A program made the translations under genes and the position numbers. From positions 126,914,001-126,978,000 of the forward strand of contig NC_086104.1 in NCBI RefSeq assembly GCF_963921235.1: 64,000 nucleotides of DNA, read 5' to 3'. The notes beneath the pieces were generated by a model. It ran no database searches. It was given only the letters and a program-made list of their open reading frames with translations, and was not told the DNA's origin. This DNA is from Mobula hypostoma. Lineage: Eukaryota. Positions within the stretch are counted from its first letter, which is position 1. Each line of letters opens with the position of its first letter. Shown here piece after piece: positions 38,101 through 51,087 of the stretch.

Positions 38101-41100
38101 CACTGTTACACCTATGAGAGTGGCCATTGTCACCATGGCAAAGAGTGCATAATGACTTTGCTGGGCCATTCATGGACTTCATGTTTCTGAATGCTATGGA
38201 TGCTCATACGAAGTAAACCAACTCAGCAAAGACCGTCTCTGCCCCGAGGACCATCTTCACCAGAAACGGCTTACCAGAACAAACTGAATGACAACGGACA
38301 ATACACATCAGCAGAATTTCAACTGTTCATGGGAAAAAATAGCATCAGACTTTCATGTCAGCGCGTCACCACTCAGCAACAAATGGGTTAGCTGAAAGGT
38401 TTATCCAAACCTTCAAAAAGTCCATTACAGCAATGGACAAGGAGGACATTTCTCTACAGCACAAGGTGGACAACTTCCTTCTAGTGTATTGGAACTCTGT
38501 TCATGCACGACAAATCAAACATCTGCAATGTTGCTCAGGAACAGGAATCTGAGATCTCACATAGACCTCCTAAAACCAGATCTACGGAGGAAAGTGCAGA
38601 TTAAGTGCAAGTGAAGCAGCAAGGTGCTTCGAGATTGGACAGGAAGTCCTAGTGCGTGATTACCGAGAAGACAAGTGGACACCCAGTAGGATAGCTACAA
38701 GAAGTGGATCACTGATGTACAAAGTGGACGTTGGAGATCAGACATGGAGACGTCATATGGACCAGATACTGGATGCTCAACCGAAGAACACACCCGAGTC
38801 CACTGCATCCAACAAGACGGACACATTACAGTCACCAGACTTACCTCTCACTGACAGCAATGTGATGCCGGAAACTGAGAACGTTGTCTTAGACAAGACA
38901 CCTACCAAACCTGATGCCACTCCCCAGGTCCAGAGGCGTTATCCTGAAAGAAACAGTGCCCCCTAAAAGACTGAACCATTAGAACTGTGAAGTTTGTTAT
39001 GGACTGTTATTGTGAAAGCATGTTTATTTGGAAGAGGGGTTTATGAAAGGTAAATTGAATGTTTTGTACATAAACAGTTTTAAGATATAGGAGCAGAAGT
39101 ACGCCATTCGGCCCATCAAGTCTGCTCCGCAATTCAATCATGGGCTGATCCAATTCTTCCAGTCATCTCCACTCCCCTGCCTTCTCCCCATACCCTTTGA
39201 TGCCATGGCTAATCAAGAACATAGATTTATGATGCATTAATCTAAAGGGTAAAGTGTAATGTATGGATCTATTTCTTTTAGAGCAATGAACTCTCCCCCT
39301 TAGCACTACGCATTGATCTGTTGTCTACGCGTTGTTCTTTCTCTCTCACTCTAATGTGAGCCATCTCCCGCGTGTGTGCTTTCATCTAATGTGGTCTCAG
39401 CTCAGCACATCGCAGAAACCAGCCTCCCCTCCACGGACTCCGTCCACACTTCCCACTGCACCAGTGAAGCAGCCCACATGATCAAAGACTCTGCTCACTC
39501 TGGACATGCTCTCTTCTCCCCTCTCCCATCAGGCAGAAGAGTTTGAAAGCACGTACCACCATGCTCAAGGACAGATCCTGTCCCACTGTTATCAGACGAT
39601 TGAGCCTGATCTCTTGTACAATGAGATGACTCTTCACCTCACAATCTATCTTGATATGATCTTGCATTTTATCACTTGCCCACAGCACATTTCCTGACTG
39701 TCACACTTTATTCTGTGTTGGTTCTGTTTTACCTTGTTCTAGCTCAACGCACTGTGTCATGATCTGATCTGTATGAACAATGTGCAAGACGAGGCTTTCC
39801 CTGTATCTCGGTACGTGTGACAATAATAAACCAATTCCAAACATTGTCATTGTCTCCCCGCCCCCCCCCCCCCACCAACTACCTCCTCTGGCAGCTCAGT
39901 CCATATATCCAGGACTCCAGGAAAAACCCTGCCCCTCAGGATCTATTAAATCTCTCCCCTCTCACCTTAAAGCTGTGCCCTCAAATTTTTGATTCCCTTT
40001 CCCTGGGAAAAAGACTGAGTGCATTCATCCCTCGTGATTTAAAACCCTCCATCTCCCAATCTCCTATGCTGGAAGGAATAAGGTCCTAGACCGCACAGCT
40101 TCCCCGAAAGTTCGGGCCCTCGAGCCCAGTACCTTTGGCCGGATGTTTTCCAGCTCTCCATTTTGCAGCCTCCACAAAACATGCTGAGTGGCGTCTCCTC
40201 CAATTCCAAAGTTCAAGGCGTGCAAAGGGGAAAATAACTCCCGCCAGATCTGGACAAGACAAAAGAGAGGGGTACAGGCAGTGGTGAGACCAGGGATGTC
40301 AAAAGGCAGAGAACATGGCTGGTGTGGAGAGATGCTGAGGGGCTGAGATCTGGAGTGAGAACAGTCACATGAGACAGGGCAGAGTGGGAGGCTGAGAGAC
40401 AAAACCCAGGAGGCAGAGTGGGGGCAAGGGAGAACAGATATGGAGGACAGCTGAGAGTCAGAGTCGGTGGTGGAAGGTGCTCATTGAGGGAGGAGAAGGG
40501 GTAAGGGGAGCGTAGGAGGGAAGATTGAGGGGTAAGGCAAGGAGGAGAGTGAAAGGGGGTGGCGAGTGGGTAGAACAGAGGGCAGATGAGGTAGACAGAG
40601 GTGGGGGATGAGACAGCTCACACACACTTCCCTGGGGTCGGTAAACTACCCCCACACCTCCCTAAGGGTGTTTAAGTCCCATTCCCTCCCATCTCACCTC
40701 AAACTGGTGCATTAACTGGATCAGGGAGTCACCCACAAACAACACATCAGGCTCTTTGTCCTTGGTGTCAGCGACAAAGCGGTTGTGCTATTGGGGAGAG
40801 AAGATTGTTACTGTAGGACTAGTGACCGCCTTACCCCACACACTCAAAAACCCCTCACGCAGAACCCCTTCCATATACCACTCCCCCCCCCACACACATA
40901 GGTTGTGCTGTCGGGGAGGGGGAGATTATCACTGCAGGTCTGGTCACCTCCACATCACACACACCCCTCCAGCACAATCCTACACACACCCCTCCCAAAA
41001 TTCCCAACACACATGCGCCCTCCCACATGCACATACTTCCTCCCATACAATCCCTCTCACATACACACCCCCCCTTCCACAATCCTCAACACACACCCCT

Positions 41101-44100
41101 CCCCCACACAATCCCTCTCTCTCACACACACACCCGCCTCCCACAATCCCCCCCACACACACACACACCTACCACATATCCTCCTCCAACACACACAAAT
41201 TCATGTGGGTGGGGGGAGATCTTTACCGCAGGATTAGTCATGACCCCCCCCTCCACCCCACACACATTCCCTCCCATATACACCCTCCAAACACACGAAC
41301 CAAACTGGTCGTGCAGTGGACCAGCAGAGGAGATTGCTACTGCTGAACTGGTCACCCGCCCCACTACGTACACCCTTCCCACAGTTGTGCTGAGGGAAAG
41401 GTGATCATCACTGTGGGACTCATTACCCCTGCTACACACACACACCTCACTGATAGTCAGTGGTAGAAAGAGAAAGTAGCTTCATGTTCATGAACATCAA
41501 CACCTCAAAGGACCTATTCTGGGCCAAATACATTGATGCAATCAGGAAGAAAGCACGCCAGCAGCTGTAATTCATTAGGAGTTTGAAGAGATTTGGTATG
41601 TCAACAAAAACACTCAAAAACTTCTATAGATGCACCGTGGAGAGCATTCAGACAGGCTGAGTACCGTCTAGTATGCAGAACCAAAAGCAGCTGCAGAGGG
41701 TCGTAAATTTAGATAGCTCCATCTTGGGTACTAGCCTACAAAATACCTGGGATATCTTCAAGGAGCAGTGTTTCAGAAAGGCACTGTCCATTATTAAGGA
41801 CCTCCAGCACCCAGGGCATGCCCTTTTCTTTATATCAAGACTATAAAAAGTTTATTTGCAACACATATATACAAAACGTACAGAAAAACAATATTTACAA
41901 GACAGTAGATATACTCAAATTACAATATGGTTACTACTGTCTAAAAAGTCTACACCATGGAGGACCACCGCTCACGGAAATCCCCCAATGCGCCCACCGA
42001 GACCACATGCTCCCTCTTCAAGCACAGCTGGGCATGAACGTATCCTCGGAACAGCGTCAGGCGGTCGACCCAGGTAGCGCCCTCCACCTTCCGTCGCCTA
42101 GACCTCTCAATGGTCATCTTGGCCAGGCCCAGGACCGAGCCCACCAGGAGAACCTCCCCATCGCCCACACCCTTCCAAACTGGGTGCCCGTAGATGAGGA
42201 GCACAGGGGTAAAGTGCAGCCAGAACCTCAGCAGCAGCTCTCTGAGAAACTAAAACGGGGCTGCATGCCCTTTTCTCACTGTTACCATCAGGACGGAGGT
42301 GCAGAAGCCTGAAGGCACACACTCAGCAATTCAGGAACAGCTTCTTCCCCTCTGTCATGTGATTTCTAAATGCACATTGAACCTGAGAACACTACTTCAC
42401 TTCTTTAATAAATATTATTTCCGTTTTTGCATGATTTTTAATCTATTCAATACACATATACTGTAATCGATTACTTATTTACCATTCTTCTATATTATGT
42501 ATTGCATTTTACTGCTGCTACTAAGTTAGCAAATTTCACGACACATAAACCTGATTCTGATTGACTGCATCACTGCTGGGAGCGAATGCTCCAACAGGCA
42601 GGATCGAAGGAAGCCGCAAAGGGTTGTAGATTCTGCCAGCTCCATCACGGGCACAACCCTCCGCACCATCGCTGACATCTTCACGAGGTGATGCCTCAAG
42701 AAGGCAGCGTCCATCACTAAAGACCTTCACCACACGGGACATGTCCACTGGCATTATTACCATGGGGGGGGGGGGGGAGTACAGGAGTTTGCAGACCCAC
42801 ACTCAATGTTTTAGAAACAGTTTCTTCCCCTGACATTAGATCTCTGAATGGCCCACAGACCCACGAACACCGCACTGTTGTTCGTCTTTTGCACTCTTAA
42901 TGTTTCTAATTCACTGTATAGCTGACACAAAACAGATTTCACAACCTACGTCAGTGATAATAAACCCGATTCTGATGAGGTTGTACGTAGCCACTCTCAG
43001 GCAGCTATGGACTCGGACCCCATCTCTTTGCACATCAACACGAGGATCCTGCAGACTCTTTACATTTGATCTCCCAAACAGTAACACCTCACACTTGGCT
43101 GGATTAAACTTCACTTTCCATTTCTCCACCCATATCTGCAACCGATCTATATCCCACTGTATCCTTTGCCAGTCTTCTACGCCATCCACAACGCCACCAG
43201 TCTTTGTATCGTTTACAAACTTACTAACCTCTCATACACTCAACGATTCAGGAACAGTTTCTTTCCCTCTGCCATCCCATTCCCAAATAGACATTGAACC
43301 CACGAACAGATCACTACTTTTTTAAAATTTGTTTTTGCACTGATTATTTTAATATTTAATACACACACTCATAAATGCATACACATATACAGTCACAAAT
43401 ATTACTTACTGTAATTCATTTTCTCTGTATTTATCATGTATTGTATTGTACTGCTGCCGCAAAGTTAACAAATTTCACAATGTGCTGATGATATTAAAAC
43501 TGATTCTGAACCTACCCACTTAATTATATTACAAACATATCGTCGCCAGGCACCACTAGTCACGGACCTCTGGCCAGAACAAGTCCCTGCTATTGGCAGG
43601 CCAATTCTGCAGGTCACTGCAGATCCCACGCACGTTAATCTTCTGGATGAGCTGCCCCTGAGGGACCCTGTCACACACCGTGCTGACCATATCCATGGCT
43701 CCACCTTCATCAATCACCTCAGTCAGCTCCTCGAAAAAGATGCGGCTTGCCCCATGTATCAAATTTCTGAATAGTCCACGAATCAATGAGCATTACTTTA
43801 TCGTTTTGCCTGCACTAGTTTGTACTTTTTCTGTCTACATACAAATCAGAGACAATAAATCTGAATCTGACAAAGCCATGTTGACTCTCCCTAATTAGGC
43901 CACAGTTTTCCAAATGTTCATAAATCCTATCCGTAAGCATCCTCTCCAGTAACTTCCTACCACTGACGTGAGACTCAGTGACCTATAGTTTCCAGAATCA
44001 TCCTCATTTCCTTTCTTGAATAATAGAACAACATTAGCTGCTTGCCAGTCCTCGAGGAACCTCGCCCACAGTTGGGAAAGACACAAAGGACTCGGTTAAG

Positions 44101-45584
44101 GCCCCAACAATCTCATCTCTTGCCTCCCTCTCTCAACAATCTTGGCTAAGCTGCACAAGTTCAAAAGGCTTCTCAGTTTTTCCGTGCACGGACAAGGGCT
44201 GCTGTGCTTGTCGAGGAGATTTGAATGGAATAGGACAGTGTGTGTATCCGTGAACACCTACTCTGACCTTATGATGAAGAGGTCACTGATAGAACAGCCG
44301 AATGACAAACCACCTCGCTTTGTGTGGGCTGTGAACACAGCCTCAGCCACGGAGAGCTCTCCCCTTGATGCCCACGGATTTCAGATTTCCCAGGGCTCTC
44401 TGACCCCACCCTTAATATTGAGGGTCGTGACTCTCATCCCTGCAGTTTGGTCCTTGGTCCCTTTGGACCCCAAAGATGTGCCGGCCTACTCCACAATCCA
44501 TCCAATCCTTCCCTCCTACAAGCTCAAAACTCTCCACTTTCTTTTAGTCATGTACTTAGAAGTCTCTTACATGTCCCTAATGTATTAGCCACTACCACCA
44601 CCTCAGTGCATTCCACATAAAAAATAATACCTGCCTCTGACATCCCTCCCTAAATTTTCCTCCAATCACCTTAAAAGGATATCCTTTGGTGGTATCCATC
44701 TCCGACAGGAATAAATCTCCGGCTGCCCATTCTATCCATGTCTCTCCTGATCTTGTACACCTCTAACAAGTCGCCTTTCATCCTCATTTGCTCCAAAGAA
44801 AAGCCTTAGCTCACTCAACTTTTCCTCATACAATATCCAGGTAGCATCCTGGTAAGTCTCCTCTGCACCCTCTCTAAAGCTTCCGTGCCCTTCCTATAAT
44901 GAGGCCAGAACTCCAGGTGAGGTCTAACCAGAGTTTTACAGAGTTGCAACATTACCTTGTGATCTTTGAATTCAATCACCGAAGTAATTAATACAACACA
45001 CCCTGTCAACTCATGCAGCAACTTTGAGGAATCTATGGATTTCGATGCCAAGATCCCCGTTTCTCCACACTAAGAATCCTGCCTTTACTGATGAAGTGGC
45101 TGAAGGTGCTTGTGCCCAGGGCACTGCTCTGAGCATATCCCAGTGATGTCCCAGGACTGGGAATGACTAACCACCACCATTTATGTGGGTTGCAAACACA
45201 ACCAAACCATGGGGAGCTCCCCCCCTTGATGCCCACGGACTTCAGATTTCCCAGTGCTCTCTGATGCCACTGCCCAAGTTGAGGGTAGTCACTCTTGCCT
45301 CATCCCTGGAGTTCAGCCCTTGGGTACACGTTTGGAGCGGGGCTGGAGCAGAGTGGTTCCAATAAGACCCCGGCTGAACACCAGTCACAGGTTATTGGTG
45401 AGGCAGTTCTATTTTATAGCACTCCTGAGCTACCTTATCAATTCCTTTGAGCACAGTGGAGGTTGAACGAAATTGAGTCAGAAACCTCTCTCACCTGTGA
45501 CATCCATCGGCCGTCGCCCTGGACATCCTGGGGAATGGCAGGAATGGCAGCTGGGTTATCGCCTCGCTCACTCATTCCGTTCAT
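31900..45584 (-). CDS. PAFAH1B3: Platelet-activating factor acetylhydrolase IB subunit alpha1/gamma, complete; join of 45495-45584 (or 45575), 40698-40787, 40133-40249, 34493-34615, 31900-32163; 224-227 aa
   Basis: Five phase-0 GT-AG exons give an SGNH hydrolase with GDSL Ser, GTNN and YDYLH (Asp/His). B3-like residues (GHTAEQV, QHVLW, YDYLHLSR) and the position head-to-head with PRR19 near MEGF8 favour B3 over B2. Confidence 0.9.
32400..32665 (+). mobile_element. Penelope-like element terminal fragment with a hammerhead-like motif
   Basis: Matches the end of the PLE at 59895-60400 in the opposite orientation; CTGACGA..GAAA core at 32533-32556. Confidence 0.75.
32720..33280 (+). mobile_element. 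Non-autonomous (RTE-like) retroposon
   Basis: Non-coding; shares its 3' half with the SINE at 24045-24295; family assignment tentative. Confidence 0.4.
34493..34615 (-). CDS. PAFAH1B3: PAFAH1B3 coding exon 4
   Basis: ctgcag|VIVLWAGTNNHGHTAEQVADGIEAIVRLLNQRQPQAHVIVL|gtgaga; 123 nt. Confidence 0.95.
34886..39390 (+). mobile_element. Degenerate near-full-length Gypsy LTR retrotransposon in a PAFAH1B3 intron, antisense to the gene
   Basis: Similar LTR remnants (..AATGTGA..GCCATCTCCCGC..) at ~34886-35030 and ~39255-39390; PBS-like TGGCAACGAG at ~35036. Protease ALDTG, RT WATPIVP and YFDDIIVTG, RNase H LACDASPYG-like and integrase TNGLAERFIQTFK appear in Gypsy order with many stops. Confidence 0.88.
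40133..40249 (-). CDS. PAFAH1B3: PAFAH1B3 coding exon 3
   Basis: gtccag|IWRELFSPLHALNFGIGGDATQHVLWRLQNGELENIRPK|gtactg; 117 nt. Confidence 0.95.
40698..40787 (-). CDS. PAFAH1B3: PAFAH1B3 coding exon 2 (catalytic Ser)
   Basis: caatag|HNRFVADTKDKEPDVLFVGDSLIQLMHQFE|gtgaga; 90 nt. Confidence 0.94.
41830..42262 (-). mobile_element. Tx1/L1 3' fragment inserted into an L2/Rex-like LINE (~41465-42560)
   Basis: LLIYGHPV..LLVG..LGLAKM..ERW C-terminus; 14-bp TSD GCATGCCCTTTTCT at 41816-41829 and 42263-42276. Confidence 0.85.
45495..45584 (-). CDS. PAFAH1B3: PAFAH1B3 coding exon 1 (exon starts at ~45608)
   Basis: MNGMSERGDNPAAIPAIPQDVQGDGRWMSQ|gtgaga; in-frame ATGs at 45584 and 45575; acceptor ctgtag at 45609/45608. 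Confidence 0.9.
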
Positions 45585-46169
45585 GGGAATTGAGCTCTGG
45601 AGATCCGGCTACAGCAGAACACAGACCTGATTCAGAGCAGGGGGAAGGGGAGACTGTGAACATCCTTAGGGTCACACCACGTCCACTGATGGTCAAAGGG
45701 ATGCAGGACGGAAAATATTCAGGAAACCGCACAGAGGGAAGCGAAGAGGAGTGAAGGAAGCCAGTGGGAAGGGTTGGGGAAGAGAGGGGAGGGAGGAGAG
45801 CTGGGAGACGGTGGGGAGGGGGGATTTGGGTCGGATAGGCAGAATGGGGAGGCATGGAGGGCGGGACCGGGAGAATGGAGGAAGGAACAGGGTTACAGCG
45901 AGAAGAGGCTTGGGAAAGGGTGTTAGAGTGAGAGGCGGTTGAGAGGAGGGGATATGGGGAAAGGGAGAGATGGAAAGTTCAGGGAGGGGTCAGAGATTAT
46001 TTCCGTTGCCAAGCAACCTGTTGCACTAACGCCTCCCACACAGCCACCCTCTGACTCCCTCCCCTCGACACCTTCATCCCTCTCCTCTCCTCGCCTCCAC
46101 TCCTCTTCTTCTCCTCCTCCTCCTCCTCCCCTCTCCCCCAGCTATCTCCCTCTCCCCACCTCCATCCCT

Positions 46170-46520
46170 TTCCCTCTTACACTCGCTCCCTCCTCCAGCC
46201 TCTCAACAGGACGTTCCACGAACTTCCGGTCATGCGCACATCGCGAGCGCAAACTGGGGAAAAAAACATCGCTGTCAATCAAGGAGAGGAAGCCGAAGAG
46301 AGCGCGGGGAGGGGCGGGGCCAACTGTGCGCTGCCGGACTGACAGAGAGGGGCGTGGCCGGGGGTGGGGGAGAGGGTAAAGGCGGCTGCCTGGTGGACAG
46401 GCGGCGCGGCCAATGGCGGGGCGGGGCAGGAGTGAGGGGGCGGGGCTAGTGTCGTTGTGGTGGGGGGGGTCGAGTGGCGACCGTTATCCGGTGGGACGTC
46501 GTTGGCGTGGTGAGTGACAA
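46170..46520. promoter_or_regulatory. Bidirectional CpG-island promoter of PAFAH1B3 (-) and PRR19 (+)
   Basis: CpG-rich; GC boxes (GGGGCGGGG at ~46311, ~46418, ~46437), CCAAT at ~46410, ETS-like ACTTCCGGT at ~46222; candidate first-exon donors gtgagt (+, 46510) and gtaaga (-, 46180). Confidence 0.75.
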
Positions 46521-47047
46521 CGGTTAAAAGGATAAAGGGAGTGTTGGAATAGAGAGAGAGTGAGTGTGGGAAGGGAAGGATGAAAGGTGGGAGAGTTGGA
46601 ACGGAATGGGATGGAGAGGGGGATGCTGTTTGGTCCTAGTGTGGACAGTAACGGTGCACACAAACAGGCCCTTCTGCCCATCGAACTCCCATTCGCCATG
46701 GAGAGAGACTACGTCAAGTCAAGCCGCTCTTATTGTCATTTCAACCATCACTGCTGGTACAGTACACAGTAAAAACGAAACAACAATCCTCCAGGACCAT
46801 GGTGCTACCTGAAACAACACAAAACTACACTAGACTACCTGAAACAACACAAAACTGCATTAGACTTCAGGCCTACACGGGACTACATAAAGTGCACAAA
46901 ACAGTGCAAGACAATACAATAATTAATAAATAGGACAATGACCCGGTAAAGGACAAATTACAATATAATTATAAATGATGTAAATGTAAGCAATGTTTTA
47001 GCAGCAATTGAGCAAAGATTGCAAAAGGGAGTGGAGTGGTGTTCAGT

Positions 47048-47072
47048 TGTGTGTGTGTGTGTGTGTGTGTGT
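47048..47072. repeat. (GT)n microsatellite
   Basis: Direct observation. Confidence 0.9.
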
Positions 47073-49484
47073 ATGGGTTGGTGTCAGACTAGACTCTGGG
47101 AATTGAGGAGTCTAATGGCTCGGGGGAAGAAACCGTTACACAGTCTGGTCGTTAGAGCCCGAATGCTTTGGTACCTTTTGCCAGCTGGCAGGAGGGAGAA
47201 GAGTTTGTATGAGGGGTGCGTGGGGTCCTTCACAATGCTGTTATCTGAATCTGAAGCAACACGCAATCTGTTGGAGGAACTCAGCAGGTTGCGCAACATC
47301 TGTGGAAGGAAACAACTTTTTGATGTTTTGGGTGGAAACCAGCGTGTCCTGTCTTTACTCTCTCTTCCTATCTTGCTCCATCCGTTGTTCCCTCCCCTCG
47401 GTTTTTGCCTACCCCCATCTATCAATAACCTGCCACTCTCTCAATTCGACTGCGACTCACTTTCCCCTATCGGGCACTGCCTGCTTGTCCCGTTACACCC
47501 ACCCCCTCCTCGGTCCACCAATCACCTCGGAATCCTTTCTTGCTGCATCCCTCCTCCTCCTGTCTGTGCTGGCCTCCTCACCTTTCCGGCCCCAGTGCCA
47601 ATGCAGGGCCTGGATCTGAAACGTCGACAATTCCTTTCCTCCCGCAGATGCTATCATCTCGCCGAGTTCCTCCAGCAGTTTTTCGCCTTCACTCGTTTAC
47701 ACTACTCCTGCATTAATACATATTTTTTAAATTCTCTCCACAGATGATTGAAAGGGGTTATAAATGAAATGAGTGACGGAGCATGCGAGGGGGTGGGAGG
47801 GACGGTCGGTTAGAAAAAGAGCGAGGTGGAGGGCATGCAGAAATGAAGAATAGAGGGAGTGCGGAATGGTGAGGGAAGAGAGTTCATTTTGTGAAAATAA
47901 CATACCATAGCACTCGCCCAGAAAGTGTTCAACCCAATACCATACACTAAGACTTCTCCAATGTCTGCTAAATTGCACATTTTTAGGTCCCTTTTCTCTC
48001 TCCTCCTCATCTACCCAGTTCTTCCTGCATCTACCCCATCCGTATCACCCTGTTCAAACCTGATCTAAGGTGCTGCCAGTGCAAAGCTTGTACATTCTTC
48101 TAGATCTTCCTCGGATCTTGGAAATGTGCCGGTAAGTTAACGTAAACACGAGGAATTCTGCAGATGCTGGAAATTCAAGCAACACACATCAAAGTTGCTG
48201 GTGAACGCAGCAGGCCAGGCAGCAACTTTGATGTGTGTTGCCGGTAGGTTATTTTACCCGCTCTACATTGCCACCTGGTGTTGGCTAATGGCAAATTACT
48301 CTAAGGAGGGCTAACTACCGTCAATAGAAAAACCAGTGGAAAAACTTTGTTTTGCGTGCCATCCACATCAGTGCATTAAGCAAGTACAAGAGAAAATAAT
48401 AACAGATGCAGAATAAAGTGTTACAGTTACAGAGAAAGTGCAGCACGGGTTGACAATAAGATCCTGAACTCGAGGGCACAGCCTCAAAATTGAGGGGTGA
48501 CCTTTTAGAACAGAGGTAAGGAGGAATTTTTTTTTAGCCAGATAGAGGTGAATCTGTGGAATGCTCTGCCAAGTCCGTGGGTATATTTAAGGCGGAAGTT
48601 GATCACTTCCCGATCGGTCAGGGCATCAACTGATATGGTGAGAAGGCAGGTGTATGGGGTTGAGCGGGATCCGGGATCAGCCGTGATGGAATGGCAGAGC
48701 AGACTCGATGGGCTGAATGGCCTAATTTCTGTTTCTATGCTTTGTGGTCTAAGATGCAAGGCCATAACAAAGTAGATCACGAGGTCAAGAGTCCGCCTTA
48801 TCGTACTCGGGAGCTGTTGAATAGAAGCTGTCTTTGAGCCTGGTGGTGTATGCTTTCAGGTCTTAGAATCTTCTGCCAGATGAAAGAGAGGAGAAGAGAG
48901 AATGTCCGGGGCGGGTGAGGTCTTTGATTATGCTGGCTGCTTTACTGAGGCAGCAAGAAGTGCAGACAGAGTTAATGGAGAGGATACGCTCCAGTTTCTT
49001 GTCCCAGGTAGAGCTGTGAGAGAGAATGAAGTTGTAGAGATACAGAGTAATAGGAGAGTGGGATGGGACTGATGAAGTTGCTCCCCTGGGAACAAACGTG
49101 GAACCAAAAGGGTAAGTTGCCTGCTTCTGTTTTGTACTGTATTGATTCCCATAGGAAACACTGGTAGATGATGACAAGCTTGTTCCTAAGTTGCAGACCA
49201 GCACCATAAACATCTCTGACTTCATTACAACATTTAGGAAATTGTGATAAGTACATGAATAAGAAAGGTTCAGAAAGGTATAGGCCAAGTGGGACTAGCC
49301 TAGGTGGATACCTGGGTTGGCATGATAAATTGGGCCAAATGGCCTGTTTACTCAGCGAGCTTTCTTATTCAAGCAAAGATGAAGTTCCCACCTTCTTCGT
49401 TCTTTCACCTGGGCAACTCATTTTAGCACTCTCTGGGTTTTCCCAGAATCATTCTTGACTTTCACTCTTTCCAGTCTCCCACTG

Positions 49485-50012
49485 CTAGGATTTGAGGAAG
49501 GACATTCTAGATATTGAGGGAGTGCAGCGAAGGTTCACGAGGTTAATTCCCGGGATGGTGGGACTGTCATATGTTGAAAGATTGGAGCGACTGGGGTTGT
49601 ATACACTGTAATTTAGAAGAATGAGAGGGGATCTGATTGAAACATATAAGATTATTGGGGGACTGGACAAGCTAGAGGCAGGAAACATGTCTCCGATGTT
49701 GGGGAAGTCCAGAACCAGAGGCCACAGTTTAAGAATAAGGGGTAGACAATTTAGAACGGAGTTAAGGAAAATATTTTTCACACAGAGGATTGTGGATCTG
49801 TGGAATGCTCTGCCTCAGAAGGCAGTGGAGGCCAATTCTCTGGATTCTTTCAAAGAAGAGTTAGATAGAACTCTTAAAGATAGCGGAGTGAAGGGATATG
49901 GGGAGAAGGCAGGAAAAGGGTACTGATTGTAGGTGATCAGCCATGATCACAGTGAATTGTGGTGCTGGCTTGAAGGGCTGAATGGCCTACTCCTGCACCT
50001 ATTGTCTATTGA
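49485..50012 (+). mobile_element. CR1 3' end
   Basis: MRGDLIETYKI..RTRGHSL..FFTQR..LWNALP plus the CR1 tail. Confidence 0.85.
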
Positions 50013-51087
50013 TTCTCATTGAATCACAGTGGACAGACTTCCTAATACAAATACTCAGGAACACTGAAACCAAGGGGTGTGAATGCATATCAGTGAGACA
50101 GAGTGAGAAAACAGCTAACCAGATATGTAGAACAGTACAGCACTAAAGAGACCATTCAGTCCTTGATATTGTACGGATCTTAATGACAATTATAGCCTCC
50201 TCCAATATCCCACCATTCTCCTCATAAGCAGGTGTCTATTTAAAAACCCCAAACTCCACTAGTCCTGATGTCTTGAGAAACACACACAAAATACTGGAGG
50301 AACTCAGCCTGTCAGGCAGCAACTGTAGAGGCAAATAAACAGTTGATGTTTTGGGCTGAGACCCTTCATCGGGACTAATAGAGTTTGAGGTTTTGAAATG
50401 TAATCTCTTGTATCTCTGTTAAACTCCACTAAACTGCCTGCCTCCACTACTACCCCTGGAAGTCCATTCCAAGTACCTACCACACATTGTATTAAAAAGT
50501 TTGCCCCGCTGACCTTAAAAGCATGTCCTCTAGTGTTTGACATTTCTTCCCTGAGGAAAAGATTCTGACTTTCTACCCTATTTATGTTTCGCTGTAATTT
50601 TTTAAAAAACTTCTATCAGGTCTCCTCTCAGCCCCTGATGCTCCAGGGAGCTTGGTTCTTTCATCTGCCTGACTTGCATTAATAAATAAAGGTTAAGGTT
50701 AATTAATGAGTCCCCTCTTGAGAGTTGTGGGTAATTCAGGTCGGCCCATGAAAGGAAGGATGTGGAGGCTTTGGAGAAGGTACAATGGAGGTTCACCAGC
50801 CGGATGTCACTAGATTAAAGAGTTTGAGCTACAAGGTTGGACAAACTCAGATTGTTTTCTCCCAATCAGTGGAGGCTGGGGGAAGAACTGATAGATGTAT
50901 ATAAAATTATGAGAGGCATAGATAGGGTACATGGTCAGAGTCTGTTTTCCCCAGGGTTGAAATCTCAAATACTAGACAACATGCATTCAAGATGAAGGTT
51001 TAAGGGGAACGTGTGCAGCAGTTTCTTTTTACGCAGAGAGATGGGTGCCTGGAATGATCTGCCAAAAGAGGTGATGGTGGAAGCAGA

